Source of the DNA: Macrostomum lignano
Taxonomy: Eukaryota
DNA: 64,000 nucleotides
Assembly (NCBI GenBank): GCA_002269645.1
Contig: NIVC01002499.1
Location: 75,735 to 139,734 of the forward strand
Direction: 5' to 3'
Made by a program: the position numbers and the translations under genes. Every line of letters starts with the position of its first letter. The first letter of the stretch is position 1. Below, piece by piece: positions 58,801 through 64,000 of the stretch. The notes under the pieces were generated by a model. It was not told where the DNA came from. It saw only the letters and a program-made list of their open reading frames with translations, and did no database searches.

Positions 58801-61800
58801 GCGCGGAACAACGAGACGATAAACTCGATCCAGCGAAAGCGCCACGGCCAGGAGCCCCGATCGGAAGCCAAATGCATTCGGTGTGGAGAGCTGGGCAAGA
58901 GGACTGGCAAGAGGGAAAACCTGCCACAAATGCAACAAAATCGGACACCTGGCGAAGGCTTGCTTGTCCAGCCCCGGCGGATTCGAGGAGAAAGTGCACG
59001 CGGTATCGGCCCAGGGGCGAGCCGAGCCAGAGGACCTGGAGAGCAGCTGCGAAGTTTTCTGTCTCGAATCCCGAAGGAATCGCCTGCCGCGCGTCAGGGC
59101 GACCATCCGAAGCCGCAAAGCCGACCTTCTGATCGACAACGGCGCCGGCTGCAACCTGATGAGCCTGAAGACCTTCTGGTCCATCGGGGGCAGGGCAAGG
59201 GACCTCCAGGCATGCAGGCGTCGAGTGCTATTTATTAGTCAATACTACCCACATACATACAGACAACTCATTCTTAGGATATAGGATTGTGGGGTGGGGG
59301 TGAAGCGATGTGTGATTGGTCGAGAATTGGTAAAAAAGTTTAGGCGAGAGGGTGAGGGACAGAGAGTGTAGCGTACGCCCTACATGGGGCATCCACTCAC
59401 CGGTGTTGATAAGGAACTGGTTGGTGACTCCCGGATGGTTCACATCGTGGATGGCGCAGGCGAAGATGCTGGCAAGGATCTCCAGGTCGGAGAAGACATT
59501 GTCCAGCGCCTGGGCGTTGAGCAGCACGTGGGTGCTCTGGGTGACGTCGGCAGCGTGCACGGCGTTGTGGTAGGGGTTGTCCTGCTTGTAGTGCTGCTCC
59601 ACGTGCAAGAAATAGTTGACTAGCGTGCTGGGTGGATGCGGAACTTGTTGAAGAAGTCGCGTTTCTGCAGGACGGGCGGCGGGGCGTCGCTTGCTTTAGT
59701 ACTGTGTCAATTCCCGTGACTTGTTGGGAGAATTGTGTCAGTTCCCGTGACCCATTGGGAGAATTGTGTCAGTTCCCGTGACCCGTTGGGAGAATTGTGT
59801 CAGTTCCCGTGACCCATTGGGAGAATTGTGTCAGTTCCCGTGACCCGTTGGGAGAATTGTGTCAGTTCCCGTGACCCATTGGAGAAATGTGTCAGTTCCC
59901 GTGACCCGTTGGGAGAATGGGCGGGAACCCCGGATTCGTGAGGGCGCACACAGAATCGAATCCGGGCTGCACTGGTGCAAGAGAGGCGAGTGCGTTACTT
60001 CTGAGCTGCTCACCTCCGCGATGGCGTACACCACGGTGACCAGCGGGTGCTGGCAGGACAGCCGGTCCACCAGGAAGATGTCCAGCCCCCAGGTGCCCAG
60101 GCTCTGCGCGAACAGCTCGCTGAGCTGCTCGGCGTGCGGCGTCTCCACGCCGAGTCGCGGCGGCAGCGGCCCCTCAGTGGGCGTCGGCGGCAGCACGGCG
60201 GGCCGCACGGGCACCTTCGTCATGGTGCCTCGGGCGCCGCTGGCCTCCGCTGGTGAGGACGACGGCGCTGACGCGGGCGACCGCTGAGTGTCAGGAAGCG
60301 TCCCGACGTTGAGTTCGTCGACGGCTCCAAGAATTCCGCGGCGGCGACGGCAGCAGCGGCAGCGGCAGCAGCGGATGCAGTTCTGTCATCGTCGTCTTTC
60401 TCTGTGTCAGAGTCCGCGCGTCAGAATGTGCGTCAGAGTCAGTGCAACAATGTGTGAGAGCATGTGTGTCGGAGCACATTTCAGAGCATGTCAGATAATG
60501 TGTCAGCTCATGTGTGTCAGATTTTGTGTGTCAGATCCTGTGTGTCAGATCATGTGTGTCAGATTCTGTGTGTCAGATCATGTTTGTCAGATCAAGTGTG
60601 TCAGATCCTGTGTGTCAGATCATGTGTGTCAGATCCTGTGTGTCAGATCATGTTTGTCATATCCTGTGTGTCAGATCATGTTTGTCAGATCCTGTGTGTC
60701 AGATCATGTGTGTCAGATCCTGTGTGTCAGATCAAGTGTGTCAGATCCTGTGTGTCAGATCATGTTTGTCAGATCATGTGTGTCAGATCAAGTGTGTCAG
60801 ATCGAGTGTGTCAGATCGAGTGTGTCAGAAAATCAGTGCCAAAGCCATAACCAAGGATCAGTAATCGGCTCACCCAGGAATGTGGAGGTGATGTAGCTCT
60901 CGATCTGGTTGGAGGTGGCACCAGTGGAGCTTGGCCAGCTGCTCATTCGCTCCAGCTCAATTTTGAGCATTTTTTTGAACTGAAAAGCCAAGGGAAAAGC
61001 CGAACAAATGAGTGTTGAAACAGCTGATGAGACCAACTAAAGCTGGCGGCAGGCCATCCTCACCTTGCTGGAAGCCATGTCCGCCACTGACCGGTGCGTC
61101 TGCACCGTCTCCAGCTGCTCCAGGCACACTCGAGGTCCTTCAGTGTCTTCTCCGCCAGGTGGTTGTCGGCGAAGCTGCCTGCCAATGCCGCCAGGGACTT
61201 GCAGATGCAGGATAAGAGCAGGGATCTGTGAGAGCAGGGGATCTGTGAGAGCAGGGGATCTGTGAGACCAGGGATCTGTGAGAGCAGGGGATCTGTGAGA
61301 CCAGGGGATCTGTGAGAGCAGGGGATCTGTGAGACCAGGGGATCTGTGAGAGAAGGGGATCTGTGAGAGCAGGGGATCTGTGAGAGCAGGGGGATCTGTG
61401 AGAGCAGGGGATCTGTGAGAGCAGGGGATCTGTGAGAGCAGGGGATCTGTGAGAGCAGGGGATCTGTGAGAGCAGGGGATCTGTGAGAGCAGGGATCTGT
61501 GAGACCAGAGGATTAACCTTACAGTGAGGTTGAGCTGGGAATCCAGAGGCTGTCTGGTCCAGTTGACTTTCTTAATTAATCAGTCTCATTTTTGTGATGA
61601 GCTGCCAGTCCCAGCGCATTCTGCATGGTTGCCACTGAGGACTGATTCCACTGGAGCTGCGCCAGCTTCCTGGAAATGCGAGGACCCCCTCCCCCCTAGA
61701 CGACCTCATCACCGACATTGGCTGCCCATGCCAATAGAAATTTTGATCAGAATTTTAATAATATTGAGAGAAAACTCGCATCCGACTGACACCCGCAGCT

Positions 61801-63761
61801 GGTCCGAGGCGGCTTACCTGCATCTCCAGCTGGCGCCCTGCGGCTCGAACTGAAAATTCAATGAAAAGTACGCATGAGGAAACCGCATGAGGAATCTGCA
61901 GCTGCGGTAGGGGAGGGCGGGAAACTGCATGAGGAATCTGCAGCTGCGTTAGGAGGGCGGAAAACTGCATGAGGAATCTGCAGCTGCGGTAGGGAGGGCG
62001 GAAACTGCATGAGGAATCTGCAGCTGCGGTAGGGAGGGCGGAAACTGCATGAGGAATCTGCAGCTGCGGTAGGGGAGGGCGGGAAACTGCATGAGGAATC
62101 TGCAGCTGCGGTAGGGAGGGCGGGAAACTGCATGAGGAATCTGCAGCTGCGTTAGGGAGGGCGGGAAACTGCATGAGGAATCTGCAGCTGCGGTAGGGGA
62201 GGGCGGGAAACTGCATGAGGAATCTGCAGCTGCGGTAGGGAGGGCGGGAAACTGCATGAGGAATCTGCAGCTGCGTTAGGGAGGGCGGGAAACTGCATGA
62301 GGAATCTGCAGCTGCGGTAGGGAGGGCGGGAAACTGCATGAGGAATCTGCAGCTGCGGTAGGGGAGGGCGGGAAACTGCATGAGGAATCTGCAGCTGGTA
62401 GGGGAGGGCGGGAAACTGCATGAGGAATCTGCAGCTGCGGTAGGGGAGGGCGGGAAACTGCATGAGGAATCTGCAGCTGCGGTAGGGAGAGGGCGGGAAA
62501 CTGCATGAGGAATCTGCAGCTGCGGTAGGGAGGAGGGAAACTGCACCGGCAGGTTAATTTGTTTTCATTTTCATTCCGCTGCACAAAACCTGCACTGAAG
62601 AGGCGGCACACACGCTGAGATTGCGGGCGAGAAGAGGCCTCTAAACCCCCCATTCCCGAAAGCCAGAGGCAGTTGAATGGAGCTCTGAGCAGTCGACTCA
62701 AGTCACAGAGGCCAGGGCCGCGTAGAGTTCATAAAAGCAAAAAATGCTCAACACAGAGAGAAAGGGCCGATTGAGAGTTTTAGAGACCGGGCCAGGAGAC
62801 AAGATAGAGATTGCGCGCAGGCTGCAGCCCCGGGGCCGCTCATGAACGGCCGGGCTGGGGGAGGGCGACAAGTCCGCAAAGTTTATTTTTAGCAACTTGT
62901 GACGCCAGCGCTGAGTAGTCAGGAGAGGCTGAGAGCGGGGCAGGCGGGCTGCGCTCTCAGCGCTTCCAAAAACTCCACCGCATCTCAGCGATGGAGTCAG
63001 GGAGAGAGCGAGAGAGGCTGGGTGAGGCTGTTTTAACGACTGGCTCAGCTTTGCCGACCAGAGCAAGCGCAACGAGGTGCTTTTTTGTCACAATAGGGCA
63101 GGCAAAGGGTGAAGAGAAGGGTCGAAAAAAGCTTGAAAGAAATGGCGCCTTCTTCGAGTCAAACAGTCTCTGGCTGTCCGATGGGGGATAGAAGTGGATG
63201 GCCCGAGTGACACTGTTGTAATGTTTGACTCTTGTCTGCGGCAGGCGGCTATCGCTATCAGGCCTGGCGTGGTCATAAATCTTCAGCCTTCTCTGTTTGC
63301 GTCACGCCGCGGGGGGGGGGGCACGCAGTTGCACAATGGCCAAAGCGATTCTTGAGTCAATTAAGCTCCGCTGCTCACCTGTGATTCTGCGCCGGTGCCG
63401 GCCGCCCGCCGCCGCTTGTCATCGTCCGAACACTGTCGTACACGGAGCGCAGGGTGTGCAGCACTGGCGAACGGCGTCACAATGACCTCGTCGGACTGCC
63501 TGAAAATGTACAGCGAGCCGCGGCGTGAGGAGGCCAGGGCTGCCGCCGCCGCATCCACGCCCGCCCCGCCGCTGCTGCGCCGACACTGCCGCTGCCAGGC
63601 CAAGAGCGGCCCGCAGGTCCGGCCAGCTGGTCCTCCTCTTCGTCGGAGTCGGCCGGCGGCAGCGGCTCGATGGCCAGCACGGGCAGCGAGCTCCCCGCCT
63701 GTGGCTGCTGCTGCTGCTGCTGCTGATGCATGTCAGCCTGGGGGGCGCCGCTCTCCAGCAT
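55808..63761 (-). CDS. PDE4: cAMP-specific phosphodiesterase 4 (dunce-like), long form. Exons about 63761-63379, 61197-61064, 60979-60874, about 60400-60014, 59664-59401, 56439-55808; several 1-nt deletions
   Basis: UCR1 DEVIVTPFA(Q)VL; UCR2 TLKDLE(W)[16 protein letters not shown]|FKKML; catalytic [79 protein letters not shown]. Linker exons uncertain. Confidence 0.9.
56490..57085. repeat. 22-bp minisatellite in a PDE4 intron
   Basis: Unit gatgtcagaaggatctggtcat (sense strand contains TCTGACA). Confidence 0.95.
57205..57464. repeat. 22-bp minisatellite in a PDE4 intron
   Basis: Unit tctaatcaaggtgtcaggatgg (sense strand contains CCTGACA). Confidence 0.9.
57465..59384 (+). mobile_element. Gypsy-type LTR retrotransposon fragment (LTR-PBS-gag-protease) closed by an inverted partial LTR
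   Basis: LTR TG...CA at 57465-57655; PBS-like tggcatcg at 57657. Frameshifted gag ([34 protein letters not shown]), knuckle [14 protein letters not shown], protease [12 protein letters not shown]. Reverse-complement LTR at 59229-59384. Confidence 0.88.
57896..58530. repeat. 26-bp minisatellite expanded inside the gag ORF
   Basis: Unit caggcattcaggactcactacagcga. Confidence 0.96.
59705..59915. repeat. 31-bp minisatellite in a PDE4 intron
   Basis: Unit gggagaattgtgtcagttcccgtgacccgtt (sense strand contains ACTGACA). Confidence 0.93.
60490..60830. repeat. 14-bp minisatellite in a PDE4 intron
   Basis: Unit tgtgtgtcagatc(c/a) (sense strand contains TCTGACA). Confidence 0.93.
61205..61505. repeat. 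17-bp minisatellite abutting a PDE4 acceptor
   Basis: Sense-strand unit atcccctgctctcacag looks like a 3' splice site. Confidence 0.93.
61885..62545. repeat. 41-42-bp minisatellite in a PDE4 intron
   Basis: Plus unit ggaaactgcatgaggaatctgcagctgcggtagggagggcg; sense strand is a pyrimidine tract plus CAG, with some CTAAC variants. Confidence 0.94.
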
Positions 63762-64000
63762 GGAGGCAACTCGCCTTCCAGGGATCTATTGACGGATTCC
63801 AACTGCTGTCTTCTCCTCTCTCCTTTCTCCAATTGAATTTGGCAGCCTTGTGAGTCCGCCGGGGAAAAAAACAGAGCGCGGGAGGCTGAAGACAGCGGGA
63901 CCTCGGGGGTCGGCTTGAAAAGAAAAAAAATCTCTGGCGGAGGCGGCCGAGGAAGCGCTGGTGAGCTGGCTGTGCAGATGAGCTGCAAAGACAAGACAAG

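Noticed and set aside
57465-59384. DIRS/tyrosine-recombinase element suggested by inverted terminal repeats
   Set aside because: Encodes Gypsy-type gag and aspartic protease with TG..CA LTR and PBS; no recombinase or methyltransferase.
61020-61060. ctgatgag hammerhead-like core
   Set aside because: No GAAA counterpart or flanking stems; lies in a short PDE4 intron.

Overview
Eukaryotic (animal) DNA with GC-rich spliced exons separated by introns and spacers packed with about 33 different minisatellite arrays. This style, plus an animal-type USP gene, is consistent with a free-living flatworm such as Macrostomum (inference only). By manual exon joining I find seven host genes: ILVBL/HACL2, SUFU and a universal stress protein gene (all +); an alpha-type nicotinic acetylcholine receptor subunit (-); an ERICH3/DUF4590-like gene ending in a PLAT domain (+); a secreted Cys-rich protein (-); and PDE4 (-), which carries several 1-nt homopolymer deletions that look like long-read errors. 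Mobile DNA includes an intact 5.8-kb LOA-like LINE (EN-RT-RNaseH, 12-bp TSD) inserted in a minisatellite, a Gypsy gag-protease fragment bounded by two INVERTED LTR ends, and MITE-like elements in the AT-rich first 7 kb. The most unusual signal: intronic minisatellite units repeatedly contain splice-signal-like words in the transcribed orientation (CTGA on the sense strand in 15 arrays vs TCAG in 1, by hand count). Most long ORFs in the supplied track over repeats are artefacts. Repeat boundaries are approximate.
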